Positions 10,211 through 19,925 of a stretch of 64,000 nucleotides of DNA are shown in pieces. The notes beneath the pieces are model-generated. The model worked only from the letters and a program-made list of their open reading frames with translations, was not told the DNA's origin and searched no databases. The stretch's first letter is position 1. Each line of letters opens with the position of its first letter. This DNA is from Gammaproteobacteria bacterium (GTDB lineage Bacteria > Pseudomonadota > Gammaproteobacteria > Natronospirales > REEB76). The DNA lies in assembly GCA_050739415.1 (NCBI GenBank), contig JBOIBD010000001.1, positions 760 through 64,759 of the forward strand, read 5' to 3'. A program made the translations under genes and the position numbers.

Positions 10211-11584
10211 TTAATGTTCTGCTGCTGCGTTGCGTTGCAGGCGATCAATCAGTTTGTCGTGAAACCCATCAAAGCCACCATTACTCATTATCAATATATG
10301 ATCGCCGCGTTGGATCTCGGTGGACACGCTGTTGACTAGCTGCTCTAGATCATGACTGATACTGGCGCGCGTACCCAAGGCCTGCATCGAAGCGGCCACA
10401 TCCCAAGTCACATTCGGCGCTTGATACACGAACACGCGATCCGCAGCTTGCAGCGAGGCCGCCAGAGTGGCCTGATGCACCCCAAGTTTCATGCTGGCTG
10501 AGCGTGGTTCGAGTACAGCGAGAATGCGTGCGTCGCCTACGCGCTGACGCAATCCCGTGAGTGTGGCAGCGATGGCAGTCGGATGATGAGCGAAATCGTC
10601 ATATACAGTCACCCCATCTATCCGGCCGCGCACTTCCAAACGCCGTTTCACGCCCTGAAAACGGATGAGCGCTTCCGCAGCTCGCCCAGGTTCCACGCCG
10701 ATATGATGCGCTGCGGCGATGGCGGCGAGTGCGTTTTGCACGTTGTGCAAGCCAATCAAGTCCCATTCCACTGCAGCTGCGGTCTTGCCTCGATACATGA
10801 CATTGAACGTGCTGCCATCCCCGGAAATGTGCCTGGCCGTCCAATCCGCATCTTCAAGTGCAAAAGTCTCTTGCGTTGTCCAGCAGCCGCGCTCTATCAC
10901 GCTTTTCAGATTGATGTCGGCACCATTGACCACGATCAAACCGTTGCCTGGGACAGTGCGAAGCAGATACTGGAACTGCGTCTCGATGCTGGCGAGATCC
11001 GGGAAGATATCGGCATGGTCGTATTCGAGATTATTAAGAATAAGCGTACGCGGCCGGTAATGTAAAAATTTGGAGCCCTTGTCGAAAAATGCGGTGTCGT
11101 ACTCGTCGGCTTCCACCACGAAAAATTTGCCAGTGCCCATGCGCGCAGTGAGGCTAAAATCCCGCGGTACACCGCCAATGAGAAATCCGGGATGCAAGCC
11201 CGCGCATTCCAGTATCCAGGCCAGCATGCTGCTGGTAGTGGTTTTGCCGTGGGTGCCCGCCACCGCCAGCACATGCTGATTTTTCAGTATATTTTCTGAC
11301 AACCATTGCGGACCGGAGACATACGGCAACCCGCGCACCAACATGGCTTCCACCGCTAGATTGCCACGAGAGAGCGCATTGCCCACCAGCACACAGTCGG
11401 GTGTGGGTTTCAAATGCTCCGGAAGATAACTTTCATGCAACATGATGCCCAGGGCTTCAAGCTGCGTACTCATAGGTGGATAAACATTGGCGTCCGAGCC
11501 GCTAACCTCATGCCCGGCGGCTTTGGCCAATGCCGCAATACCGCCCATGAAGGTGCCGCAGATGCCGAGGATATGGATACGCAT
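10211..11584 (-). CDS. mpl: UDP-N-acetylmuramate:L-alanyl-gamma-D-glutamyl-meso-diaminopimelate ligase
   Basis: 457 aa; MRIHILGICGTFMGGIAALAK start and AVAGTHGKTTTSSM ATP-binding motif, Mur-ligase architecture typical of Mpl. Confidence 0.92.
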   Translation of the reverse strand: MRIHILGICGTFMGGIAALAKAAGHEVSGSDANVYPPMSTQLEALGIMLHESYLPEHLKPTPDCVLVGNALSRGNLAVEAMLVRGLPYVSGPQWLSENILKNQHVLAVAGTHGKTTTSSMLAWILECAGLHPGFLIGGVPRDFSLTARMGTGKFFVVEADEYDTAFFDKGSKFLHYRPRTLILNNLEYDHADIFPDLASIETQFQYLLRTVPGNGLIVVNGADINLKSVIERGCWTTQETFALEDADWTARHISGDGSTFNVMYRGKTAAAVEWDLIGLHNVQNALAAIAAAHHIGVEPGRAAEALIRFQGVKRRLEVRGRIDGVTVYDDFAHHPTAIAATLTGLRQRVGDARILAVLEPRSASMKLGVHQATLAASLQAADRVFVYQAPNVTWDVAASMQALGTRASISHDLEQLVNSVSTEIQRGDHILIMSNGGFDGFHDKLIDRLQRNAAAEH

Positions 11585-11585
11585 G

Positions 11586-12101
11586 TCAACCCTTGATGGG
11601 GAAAAACACCGCGAACAACACCAGATTCAGCAAAGTGTAGGTACCCGCGATGACGATACCGATGGTCAATCCCGTATCCAGAGCATGCCGGGCTATATTA
11701 CCCATGACCAGGATACTCCAGGCAAGAATACCGTAAAGCAGCACCTGGGCTATATCAACAACAAATGAAGCCGGTAATAGAGTTGCTGCAAAACTAAGCG
11801 GCACAGCCACCAACATAATGATCGTTCCGGTGCCCAATAGGGCGGTCGTTGTCTGATTAAAGCGCGGCAATTTCCGCCAGATACCCAGCACCAGTATGAA
11901 AAATACCAGTTGCAATGCCGTATCACACAGGGTTTCTGTGATGATATCAATACCACGCAATCCCTGGGCGACAAACAGGATTACATCGGCCACGAGATAG
12001 GTAACCAGCATGATGACAAACAACGACCAGGAATACGGGAATGCCTGCGGTCCCTTTCTAAGCAGGCAAATCTGCCAGCAAGTGCGTACAATCGTTTTCA
12101 T
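11586..12101 (-). CDS. polytopic inner-membrane protein (Yip1-like)
   Basis: 171 aa, five predicted hydrophobic helices, starts 1 nt upstream-adjacent to mpl (stop 11586, mpl start 11584). Family assignment is tentative. Confidence 0.6.
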   Translation of the reverse strand: MKTIVRTCWQICLLRKGPQAFPYSWSLFVIMLVTYLVADVILFVAQGLRGIDIITETLCDTALQLVFFILVLGIWRKLPRFNQTTTALLGTGTIIMLVAVPLSFAATLLPASFVVDIAQVLLYGILAWSILVMGNIARHALDTGLTIGIVIAGTYTLLNLVLFAVFFPIKG

Positions 12102-12178
12102 CTTGGTTCAATTCCTCGTGATCGCCGCACATCATACCGTGCAGCGCAGGCAGGGCAAACGGGTACGCAGGGTTTCTC

Positions 12179-13324
12179 ATGGCTGATGATTATTTATTAG
12201 TTGAAACCGACGACGCATTGAGCGGTCTGTGCATGCGGCTGCAAGCTACAACTTGGTTGGCGCTGGACACGGAATTCATGCGCGAGCGGACCTATTACCC
12301 GCAACTGTGTCTGGTGCAGATCGCCACACCCGACATAGTGGCCTGTGTCGATGTACTGGCGATCCAGACACTCGATCCCTTGTTCGACTTATTACTGAAT
12401 CCACAAATCATCAAGGTGCTGCATTCCGCGCGTCAGGATCTGGAGATGTTCTTCCATCTGACCAACCGCGTGCCGGCGCCGATCTTCGACACCCAACTCG
12501 CGGCCAGTTTCGCGGGTTTTCCAGATCAGGCGGGTTATGCCGCGGTGGTGCAAGGGCTATTGGGTGTGACGCTGGAGAAAAGCCATACCCGTGCCGACTG
12601 GTCGCGCCGCCCGCTACTGGGCGCAGTGCTGCAATACGCCGCGGATGACGTGCACTATCTGCGGGAGATTTATCCGCTTCTTAGACACAAGCTCGAAAAC
12701 CAGAACCGCCTTGGATGGCTGCAAACGGAAACCTCACGGCTCACAGATGCAGCACTCTACCGCCCTGATCCAGATACCGTCTGGGAACGTCTGCGCGGCT
12801 TACAACGTCTCAAACCACGACAGTTCGCCGCGGCCAAGGCGCTCGCTGCCTGGCGTGAGCGGCAGGCGATGACCGCGAATTTGCCGCGCCAGTGGATAAT
12901 CAAGGATGAAGTGCTCACCGACCTGGCGCGACAACTGCCAACAGATGTCGAGGCGCTGCATTCTATCCGCGGCATCCAGGAAAGCCTGATACGCAAACAT
13001 GGTGAAGAATTGCTCGCGCTCATGACCACAGCGCATGGCGATGCCAAACCAGCACAGTCACTGGAACGACTGACAGCGCAGGATGAAGCGCTGGTGGATG
13101 CACTAATGGCGGTGGTGCGTATCAAAGGTGCCGAGGCCGGCGTTAGTCCCGCTCAACTGGTAACACGCAATGAACTCGAGCAACTGGTGCGCGGCCGTTT
13201 CGATAAAGAAGTGTTACAGGGCTGGCGTCTGGAAACCGTTGGCCACACGTTGCTTGAATTGATGGAAGGAAAAACTATGCTTGCCGTACAGAATGGTGTG
13301 CTGCGGATAAAAAACGTGGACTGA
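12179..13324 (+). CDS. rnd: ribonuclease D
   Basis: 381 aa; DEDD 3'-5' exonuclease motifs (LALDTEF, YAADDV) followed by an HRDC-like region. Confidence 0.9.
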   Translation: MADDYLLVETDDALSGLCMRLQATTWLALDTEFMRERTYYPQLCLVQIATPDIVACVDVLAIQTLDPLFDLLLNPQIIKVLHSARQDLEMFFHLTNRVPAPIFDTQLAASFAGFPDQAGYAAVVQGLLGVTLEKSHTRADWSRRPLLGAVLQYAADDVHYLREIYPLLRHKLENQNRLGWLQTETSRLTDAALYRPDPDTVWERLRGLQRLKPRQFAAAKALAAWRERQAMTANLPRQWIIKDEVLTDLARQLPTDVEALHSIRGIQESLIRKHGEELLALMTTAHGDAKPAQSLERLTAQDEALVDALMAVVRIKGAEAGVSPAQLVTRNELEQLVRGRFDKEVLQGWRLETVGHTLLELMEGKTMLAVQNGVLRIKNVD

Positions 13325-13356
13325 GATCAGCAACTGCACTGCTTGTGAAGCGATAT

Positions 13357-14256
13357 TTATTTGCGGCCGCGACTCTTTTTCGGTGTGTGTTTCAGGGTTT
13401 TGGCCCGCTTTGTAACAGGCCCTTTCTTTGCAATCGCTTTCTTCTTCTTTTTCAATACTTTCTTTGCTGATACGTGTTTCGACTTCGGCTTGACCGGTCT
13501 CACCCGTGATTTGATGACAGCCTTAGTCGGCTTGCTTTTTATAGAAGCCGCAAATTTTACCGGCTTCACGGCCGGCTGCGGAGCTAGTTTTGGTTTGCGC
13601 TTACCTTTCGCGATGGGTTCCAGCACCGTAAGCAGGCGCTTGAAGATTGCGTCCACCTCGCCCACACCATTGACCGTTTCCAGTCGCCCCTGAACGCGGT
13701 AAAAATCGATCAGCGGTTTGGTCTGGGCTTCATATACTTTGAGACGATTGTTGATGGTCACTTCGTTGTCGTCGGCGCGATGATGCAGCGTCGCACCGCA
13801 GCGATCGCACTGCTCGTCCAGGCGCGGCGGATGCGTGAAGATGTTATATGTTGCGCCGCAGTTCTCGCAGTTGCGGCGCCCCGCCAAGCGCTGCATGAGC
13901 ACATCGAAATCCACGTCAATGAGTACGCCGCAATCCAACGGCTGATTGAGATTGCGCAGCATGGCATCCAGCGCCTGGGCCTGGGCGATGTTGCGCGGGA
14001 ACCCGTCAAGGATGGCGCCCTTTTTAGCATCGTTCGCACGCAGGCGTTCGCGGATGATGCCCAGTACGATGTCATCTGAAACCAGCTGGCCAGCGTCCAT
14101 CGCCGCCTTGGCCTGCAGCCCCAAGGGCGTGCCGGCGGCCAGTGCCGCCCGCAGCAGGTCTCCCGTGGAAACATGCGGGATGCGGTATTTCTCCGCCAGT
14201 TTTTTGGCTTGGGTCCCTTTGCCGGAACCAGGCGCTCCGAGCAGCACAATTCTCAT
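13357..14256 (-). CDS. adk: adenylate kinase with 4-Cys lid and 82-aa lysine-rich C-terminal extension
   Basis: MRIVLLGAPGSGKGTQAKKLAEKY P-loop, GDLLR, ILDGFPR motifs. Lid is RRNCENCG...EQCDRCG. ORF continues to 299 aa with tail GKRKPKLAPQPAVKPVK...KKVLKKKKKAIAKKGPVTKRAKTLKHTPKKSRGRK. Confidence 0.93.
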   Translation of the reverse strand: MRIVLLGAPGSGKGTQAKKLAEKYRIPHVSTGDLLRAALAAGTPLGLQAKAAMDAGQLVSDDIVLGIIRERLRANDAKKGAILDGFPRNIAQAQALDAMLRNLNQPLDCGVLIDVDFDVLMQRLAGRRNCENCGATYNIFTHPPRLDEQCDRCGATLHHRADDNEVTINNRLKVYEAQTKPLIDFYRVQGRLETVNGVGEVDAIFKRLLTVLEPIAKGKRKPKLAPQPAVKPVKFAASIKSKPTKAVIKSRVRPVKPKSKHVSAKKVLKKKKKAIAKKGPVTKRAKTLKHTPKKSRGRK

Positions 14257-14428
14257 GAGGTGTCTCGTGTAAATCCAGGGAGGCCCAGAACGCCCGAAAA
14301 TCCAGTGCTTCCGGACCGGTAGTCTACAAGGCAGGCGGTAAAGTACCCGTTGCCCCTGGCAACGTCAACGCATGGATGCCATGGCGGCAGCTTTATTCGT
14401 TCATTATTGTCGAATCCGTTGCGGCATT

Positions 14429-14457
14429 TTTGGCAATTCTGCGGCACCCCGCTACAA
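14429..14457 (+). promoter_or_regulatory. sigma70-like promoter upstream of pfp
   Basis: TTGGCA (14429-14434), 17-nt spacer, TACAAT (14452-14457), about 60 nt upstream of the pfp ATG. Confidence 0.45.
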
Positions 14458-14518
14458 TGCCCGGCGGCTCGCGGCGCGCGCTGCCCAAGTACAGAACAAA
14501 TAAAGAGACTCCCGAGTA

Positions 14519-15784
14519 ATGGCTTCTAAAAAGAACGCTTTTTACGCCCAGTCCGGAGGTGTGACCGCTGTCATCAACGCCAGCGCCTGCGGCGTGATCG
14601 AGACCGCGCGACAGCACAAGAATCGCATCGCCAAGGTCTATGCCGGCCGCGATGGCATCATCGGCGCCCTCACCGAAGACCTGATCGACACCGGCAAGGA
14701 ATCCGCCAGCGCCATCAAAGCTCTCCGACACACCCCCGGCGGCGCCTTTGGCTCCTGCCGTTACAAGCTCAAGGGTTTGGATGAAAACCGCGCCCAGTAC
14801 AAGCGGCTCATGGAAGTATTCAAAGCTCACAACATCGGTTACTTCTTCTATAACGGCGGCGGTGATTCCGCCGATACCTGCCTCAAGATTTCTCAGATTT
14901 CCGAGAAGCTCGGCTATCCTCTCCAGGCCATCCATGTTCCCAAGACTGTGGACAACGACCTGGCCGTAACCGATTGCTCGCCCGGGTTCGGTTCCGTGGC
15001 GAAATACGTGGCGGTCTCCATCAAGGAAGCTGCGCTGGACGTGAAATCCATGTCCAAAACTTCGACCAAGGTATTCGTCATGGAAGTGATGGGACGGCAT
15101 GCGGGCTGGATCGCTGCCGCGGCTGGACTGGCGCAGAAAAGAACAGGCGATGCGCCGCACATCATCCTGTTTCCGGAAATCCTCTTTGACCAGACGGCCT
15201 TCATTAATAAAGTCAAAGACAGCCACGACCGTTATGGCTATTGTGTGATCGTGGTTTCAGAAGGCGTACGTGATGCGCACGGTAAATTCCTAGCGGAAGC
15301 TGGCACAAAAGACGCCTTTGGCCATACCCAGCTCGGTGGCGTGGCGCCCTACATCGCGAACCTGGTGAGGGAGAAACTCGATTACAAATACCACTGGGCG
15401 GTGGCGGATTATCTGCAACGTTCGGCGCGCCATATCGCCAGCAAGACCGATGTCGAACAGGCGTATGCCGTAGGCAAAGCGGCAGTGGAATTTGCGCTCA
15501 AGGGGCACAATGCCGTGATGCCCGCCATCGTGCGCAAATCAGATAAACCTTATAAATGGTCCATCGGCATGGCAAAGCTTATTGACGTGGCCAACCGAGA
15601 AAAGATGATGCCGCGCAATTACATCACGCAGGACGGTTTGGGTATCTCCGAAACATGCCGGCGCTATCTTGCGCCGCTCATCCGGGGCGAGGATTATCCG
15701 CCCTACAAAGACGGTATGCCGCAATACGTGACGCTCAAGAATACGGTAGTGACGAAGAAGCTGAAAACAGAGTTCAAAGTTTGA
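14519..15784 (+). CDS. pfp: 6-phosphofructokinase, probably pyrophosphate-dependent
   Basis: 421 aa PFK-family protein (FYAQSGGVTAVINAS, NGGGDSADT, PKTVDNDL, MGRHAGW). PPi specificity is inferred from the roughly 420-aa subfamily and adjacency to hppA. It is not proven from specificity residues. Confidence 0.8.
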   Translation: MASKKNAFYAQSGGVTAVINASACGVIETARQHKNRIAKVYAGRDGIIGALTEDLIDTGKESASAIKALRHTPGGAFGSCRYKLKGLDENRAQYKRLMEVFKAHNIGYFFYNGGGDSADTCLKISQISEKLGYPLQAIHVPKTVDNDLAVTDCSPGFGSVAKYVAVSIKEAALDVKSMSKTSTKVFVMEVMGRHAGWIAAAAGLAQKRTGDAPHIILFPEILFDQTAFINKVKDSHDRYGYCVIVVSEGVRDAHGKFLAEAGTKDAFGHTQLGGVAPYIANLVREKLDYKYHWAVADYLQRSARHIASKTDVEQAYAVGKAAVEFALKGHNAVMPAIVRKSDKPYKWSIGMAKLIDVANREKMMPRNYITQDGLGISETCRRYLAPLIRGEDYPPYKDGMPQYVTLKNTVVTKKLKTEFKV

Positions 15785-15808
15785 GGAATCACTGAATAAT
15801 TGCTGCAT

Positions 15809-15836
15809 CGTCATTCCCGCGAAAGCGGGTATGACG
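15809..15836. repeat. REP-like hairpin repeat, family 1
   Basis: cgtcattcccgcgaaagcgggtatgacg, a near-perfect palindrome 25 nt after the pfp stop; could double as a transcript-stabilising or terminating hairpin. Confidence 0.7.
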
Positions 15837-15872
15837 AATAAATTCAGAGATTCCGGAGGAATTAAGTAACCA

Positions 15873-15955
15873 TGTAGGTTGGGCTGAGTGTAGTGATGCC
15901 CAATATAACAAGGTCGGATTGTTGGGTTTTGGCCAATGCCTCAACTCAACTTACA
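15873..15955. repeat. palindromic intergenic repeat, family 3 (TGTAGGTTGGG...CCTCAAC..TACA)
   Basis: tgtaggttgggctgagtgtagtgatgcccaat...ggattgttgggttttggccaatgcctcaactcaacttaca. Related to the copy at 18207-18293. Confidence 0.7.
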
Positions 15956-15992
15956 CGAAAGAAACTTTCGCGTCTTTAACTGGAGAATCAAA

Positions 15993-18023
15993 ATGACGAT
16001 TGAATACGGCTTGTATTTCGCGCTGGCCTGCGGCGTGCTCGCTATCCTGTACGGAATCGTTTCCGTAGGCTGGATCCTGAAACAGCCCGCCGGCAACGAG
16101 CGCATGCGCGAGATCGCTAGCGCCATCCAAATCGGTGCGAAAGCCTATCTCAACCGCCAGTACCGCACCATCGCCATCGCGGGCGTGGTGTTATTTCTGC
16201 TCATCGGTTTTGTGTTGCACAACTGGTGGGCCGCCATCGGCTTTGCCATTGGCAGCATCTTCTCTGGCGCGGCGGGTTACATCGGCATGAATATTTCAGT
16301 GCGTGCCAACGTGCGTACTGCGGAGGCCGCGCGCAACGGTGTGAAAGCAGCACTCAAGGTCGCGTTCCGCGGCGGCGCCATCACCGGCATGTTGGTGGCC
16401 GGGCTGGCGTTGATCGGTGTGTCCGGTTATTACTTCATTCTGAGTCATCAAATCGGCGAGGATGCGGCGTTGCATGCGCTCATCGGCCTGGCCTTCGGTG
16501 CCTCATTGATTTCGATCTTTGCACGTCTGGGCGGCGGTATCTTCACCAAGGGCGCCGATGTCGGCGCGGATCTCGTCGGCAAGGTGGAAGCCGGCATTCC
16601 CGAAGACGACCCGCGCAACCCGGCGGTGATCGCAGACAACGTGGGTGACAACGTGGGCGATTGCGCCGGCATGGCCGCGGACCTTTTCGAGACCTATTGC
16701 GTCACCATGGTGGCATCCATGCTACTCGGTGGGTTGATGATCAAGGAGCTGGGCGTCAACGCGGTAATCTACCCGCTAGCACTCGGCGGCGTATCCATCA
16801 TCGCCTCTATCATCGGCGTATTCTGCGTGCGTGGTCGCAAAGGCGGCAAGATCATGAATGCGCTCTACACCGGCGTGGTCGTGGCGGCAATCCTTTCCAT
16901 CATCGGCTTCTACTTCATCGGCCGCTGGCTGATGTTCGACATGCCGAGCATCGGTTACATGGGTCTGTTCTGGGCCGCAGTCGTAGGGCCAGTACTGACC
17001 GTGGTGCTTGTTGGTATCACCGAGTATTACACCGGCACTCAGTTCAAGCCGGTGCGTCACATTGCGCAGGCGTCAACCACCGGCCATGCGACCAACATCA
17101 TCGCGGGTCTCGGCATCTCCATGAAAGCCACAGCGCTGCCGGTGATCGCCATCTGCATCAGCATCGGCGTGGCGTATGCGTTCGCCGGCTTGTACGGTAT
17201 CGCCATTGCCGCCGCCACCATGTTGTCCATGACTGGTGTGGTCGTAGCGCTCGACGCCTACGGCCCGATCACCGACAACGCCGGCGGTATCGCCGAGATG
17301 GCTGACCTGCCGAAAGAAGTGCGTGCCGTCACCGATCCGCTGGATGCGGTCGGCAACACCACCAAGGCAGTCACCAAAGGTTACGCCATCGGCTCGGCAG
17401 CGCTGGCTGCGGTGGTGCTGTTCGCCGATTACACCCACAATCTCACGGCGCTGGGCAAATCCTTCACCTTTGATCTGTCTGATTACAGAGTCGTCATCGG
17501 CCTGTTCATCGGCGGATTGATTCCGTATCTGTTCGGCGCCATGGCCATGGAAGCGGTGGGACGTGCCGCCGGATCAGTGGTGGAGGAAGTACGCCGCCAG
17601 TTCAAGGAGATCCCCGGCATCATGACCGGCAAGGCCAAGCCGGATTACTCGCGCGCCGTGGACATGCTCACCAAGGCGGCCATCAAAGAAATGATCATTC
17701 CCTCGCTGCTGCCGATCCTGGTGCCGATCATCGTCGGCGTCGCCTTCGGCGCACAGATGCTAGGCGGCGTGCTCGTTGGCACCATCGTCACCGGATTGTT
17801 CGTGGCCATCTCCATGACCACCGGCGGTGGCGCCTGGGACAATGCCAAGAAATACATCGAAGATGGCAACTACGGCGGCAAGGGTTCCGATGCCCACAAG
17901 GCAGCGGTCACCGGCGATACCGTCGGCGATCCCTACAAGGACACCGCCGGACCGGCCATCAACCCCTTGATCAAAATCATCAACATCGTGGCGCTGTTGA
18001 TCATCCCGCTGCTGGTGAAATAA
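15993..18023 (+). CDS. hppA: membrane-bound proton-translocating inorganic pyrophosphatase
   Basis: ORF 15936..18023 trimmed to ATG 15993 (GGAGA 7 nt upstream): [21 protein letters not shown]... 676 aa, about 16 TM helices, GGG[14 protein letters not shown] and DNVGDNVGD motifs of H+-PPases. Confidence 0.95.
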   Translation: MTIEYGLYFALACGVLAILYGIVSVGWILKQPAGNERMREIASAIQIGAKAYLNRQYRTIAIAGVVLFLLIGFVLHNWWAAIGFAIGSIFSGAAGYIGMNISVRANVRTAEAARNGVKAALKVAFRGGAITGMLVAGLALIGVSGYYFILSHQIGEDAALHALIGLAFGASLISIFARLGGGIFTKGADVGADLVGKVEAGIPEDDPRNPAVIADNVGDNVGDCAGMAADLFETYCVTMVASMLLGGLMIKELGVNAVIYPLALGGVSIIASIIGVFCVRGRKGGKIMNALYTGVVVAAILSIIGFYFIGRWLMFDMPSIGYMGLFWAAVVGPVLTVVLVGITEYYTGTQFKPVRHIAQASTTGHATNIIAGLGISMKATALPVIAICISIGVAYAFAGLYGIAIAAATMLSMTGVVVALDAYGPITDNAGGIAEMADLPKEVRAVTDPLDAVGNTTKAVTKGYAIGSAALAAVVLFADYTHNLTALGKSFTFDLSDYRVVIGLFIGGLIPYLFGAMAMEAVGRAAGSVVEEVRRQFKEIPGIMTGKAKPDYSRAVDMLTKAAIKEMIIPSLLPILVPIIVGVAFGAQMLGGVLVGTIVTGLFVAISMTTGGGAWDNAKKYIEDGNYGGKGSDAHKAAVTGDTVGDPYKDTAGPAINPLIKIINIVALLIIPLLVK

Positions 18024-18067
18024 AAATGCGCGTTAGGAACGGCCGACCGACGTACATAAAACATCTG

Positions 18068-18129
18068 TTGTAGGAGCGGTCGTCTCGACCGCGATACCTT
18101 TCGCGGCGGATACCGCCGCTCCTACAAAA
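18068..18129. repeat. palindromic intergenic repeat, family 2
   Basis: ttgtaggagcggtcgtctcgaccgcgatacctttcgcggcggataccgccgctcctacaaaa; second copy of the element at 7749-7820. Confidence 0.75.
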
Positions 18130-18172
18130 GACAGGAACGCCAAGAGCAAACTGGCCCTGATTTGCCAATCCA

Positions 18173-18200
18173 AGCGCCACCGCAAGGTGGCGCTTTTTTA
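18173..18200 (+). terminator. rho-independent terminator of hppA
   Basis: agcgccacc-gcaa-ggtggcgct perfect 9-bp GC-rich stem followed by ttttttatttc. Confidence 0.8.
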
Positions 18201-18206
18201 TTTCGA

Positions 18207-18293
18207 TGTAGGTTGGGTTGAGGCATCGCTGAAACCCAACAATCCAGCAGCTTTATCAGGTTGGAGTTCGCTTTACTCACCTCAACCTATACA
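18207..18293. repeat. palindromic intergenic repeat, family 3
   Basis: tgtaggttgggttgaggcatcgctgaaacccaacaatcc...cacctcaacctataca with terminal inverted repeats tgtaggttg..gagg / cctcaacctataca. Confidence 0.7.
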
Positions 18294-18312
18294 TCACTTT
18301 GTTCGTGGCTTC

Positions 18313-19173
18313 TCAGAATTTGTTGAGGGGAATCTTGAGGTAGCTCACGCCGTTGGCTTCGGGTTCCGGCAGTTGTCCGGCACGGATATTTATCTGCACC
18401 GCGGGCAGCAGCAGCGCCGGGACGTTCAAGGTCTTGTCACGAGCGGTGCGCAGCTTGATGAATTCCTCGCGGGATACGCCGTCGTGTACATGGATATTCG
18501 CGTGCTTCTGCTCCGCCACGCTGGTTTCGTTCTTGTATTCACGTCCGCCAGTCGCATAGTCGTGGCATAGGAACAGGCGTGTATCCGCAGGCAATTTGAG
18601 TATTTTCTGAATGGAATCATACAGACAGCCGGCATCACCGCCAGGGAAGTCACAGCGCGCGGTGCCAGTATCCGGCATGAATAAAGTATCGCCCACGAAA
18701 GCCGCGTCGCTAACCACATAGGTCAGGCTATCGCTGGTGTGCCCGGGCGTAGCCATAATCCAGGCCGCCAGATTACCGATGCTGAAAGCCTCGCCATCCT
18801 CGAATAGATGATCAAACTGGCGACCGTCGGCAATTACCTGGGTTTCAATATTGTATAGCTTGGCAAAGCTAGCTTGAACCTGGCGGATGCCTGCACTGAT
18901 AGCGATTTTGCCACCAAGTTCTTTCTTTATATGCTGTGCGGCACTTACATGATCTGCGTGTGCATGCGTTTCCAGTATCCAGTCCAGCTTCAGTTTCGCG
19001 TTTCGTAAATATTCGATGATCGCATCCGCAGAAGCTGTGCTGGTGCGCCCTGCTGCTACAGCATAATCCAGTACTGGATCAATGATGGCAGCGTGACTTG
19101 TTGCGGGGTCAGCAACAGCATATGAAAACGCGGATGTGGGCTTGTGGAAGAACTTGGTGATTACTGGAGACAT
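18313..19173 (-). CDS. MBL-fold metallohydrolase, persulfide-dioxygenase-like (type II PDO/ETHE1 family)
   Basis: 286 aa; FFHKPTSAFSYAVAD start and ETHAHADHVSAA (HxHxDH) zinc/iron motif. PDO call is by resemblance and by the TauE/rhodanese neighbours. Confidence 0.65.
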   Translation of the reverse strand: MSPVITKFFHKPTSAFSYAVADPATSHAAIIDPVLDYAVAAGRTSTASADAIIEYLRNAKLKLDWILETHAHADHVSAAQHIKKELGGKIAISAGIRQVQASFAKLYNIETQVIADGRQFDHLFEDGEAFSIGNLAAWIMATPGHTSDSLTYVVSDAAFVGDTLFMPDTGTARCDFPGGDAGCLYDSIQKILKLPADTRLFLCHDYATGGREYKNETSVAEQKHANIHVHDGVSREEFIKLRTARDKTLNVPALLLPAVQINIRAGQLPEPEANGVSYLKIPLNKF

Positions 19174-19262
19174 GAGACAATCCAGGTATGGTTGAAGAAT
19201 CTTCCTTATGAAGATCTATGCAACTGGTGAAGCTATCCGGACAATAACGGATAATCGATCGA

Positions 19263-19925
19263 TTATTTAAAAATCCGTGTTACACCATCCACCGTCATGG
19301 TGATCTGCAGTGTTACGATATATCCAACTGTATTCATCAGGTAGCAATCTGATTCTGGAGATTTACTCCCATTAATCGTAAATACGGTATCCAGGCATGC
19401 GAATGCGATCGGCTGGTTTGGCTGCAAAGGATATTCTTCAGTGTCCCACGTAGTCGTACCGGTTGCGTAAACCACACTTCTCGTACTGTCTGTATAGGTC
19501 GTGTCAGTGTCGAATGCACCTGTCATGTTTATCAACGAATAATCCGGCAGTGCTGTCTGATTAGCATAGACAGTTTCCTGCCCGTTGGCATCTATAATCC
19601 CTACCCGGGTATATGGACCGATAGTGTAATAAAGCGTTTGGCTATCATCCGAAATGACCGTTCCATTTTTTGACAATGTTTCAGTTTGATCTGATGTGTA
19701 GGCAGATACGCCATCGAATGTGGATAAGCCACTACCCGGAATGGAAGTAATTTGCAGAGTATAGGTGTCACTACCCGAGGTTGCAGTCAGAGTGAAACTC
19801 TCATTGGTCTGTTCATAATATGTGAATGCGCCATCCAAAGGGAATTGATACCCGGAAGAGGAACTGGAACCCCCACACGCGCATAGCGCAAGTATGGAGC
19901 AGATTGTCAGAATTTTCAGATACAT
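19263..19925 (-). CDS. Thr/Ser-rich lipoprotein, unknown function
   Basis: ORF 19263..20009(-) trimmed to ATG 19925: MYLKILTICSILALCACGGSSSSSG (signal peptide plus lipobox Cys). 220 aa, beta-rich T/S/Y composition, visibly lower GC than neighbours. Confidence 0.6.
   Translation of the reverse strand: MYLKILTICSILALCACGGSSSSSGYQFPLDGAFTYYEQTNESFTLTATSGSDTYTLQITSIPGSGLSTFDGVSAYTSDQTETLSKNGTVISDDSQTLYYTIGPYTRVGIIDANGQETVYANQTALPDYSLINMTGAFDTDTTYTDSTRSVVYATGTTTWDTEEYPLQPNQPIAFACLDTVFTINGSKSPESDCYLMNTVGYIVTLQITMTVDGVTRIFK

Noticed and set aside
14393-15226. 277-aa ORF on the minus strand
   Set aside because: It lies entirely antisense to the well-supported pfp gene. Its translation is Gly/Ala/Val/Asp-rich low-complexity sequence typical of antisense frames in GC-rich coding DNA, with no start context or recognisable family.
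16226-17438. Several 120-214-aa ORFs in alternative frames and on the opposite strand within hppA (e.g. 16661..17305, 17073..17438)
   Set aside because: Arg/Gly/His-rich nonsense translations overlapping a full-length, motif-complete H+-PPase gene; frame artefacts.
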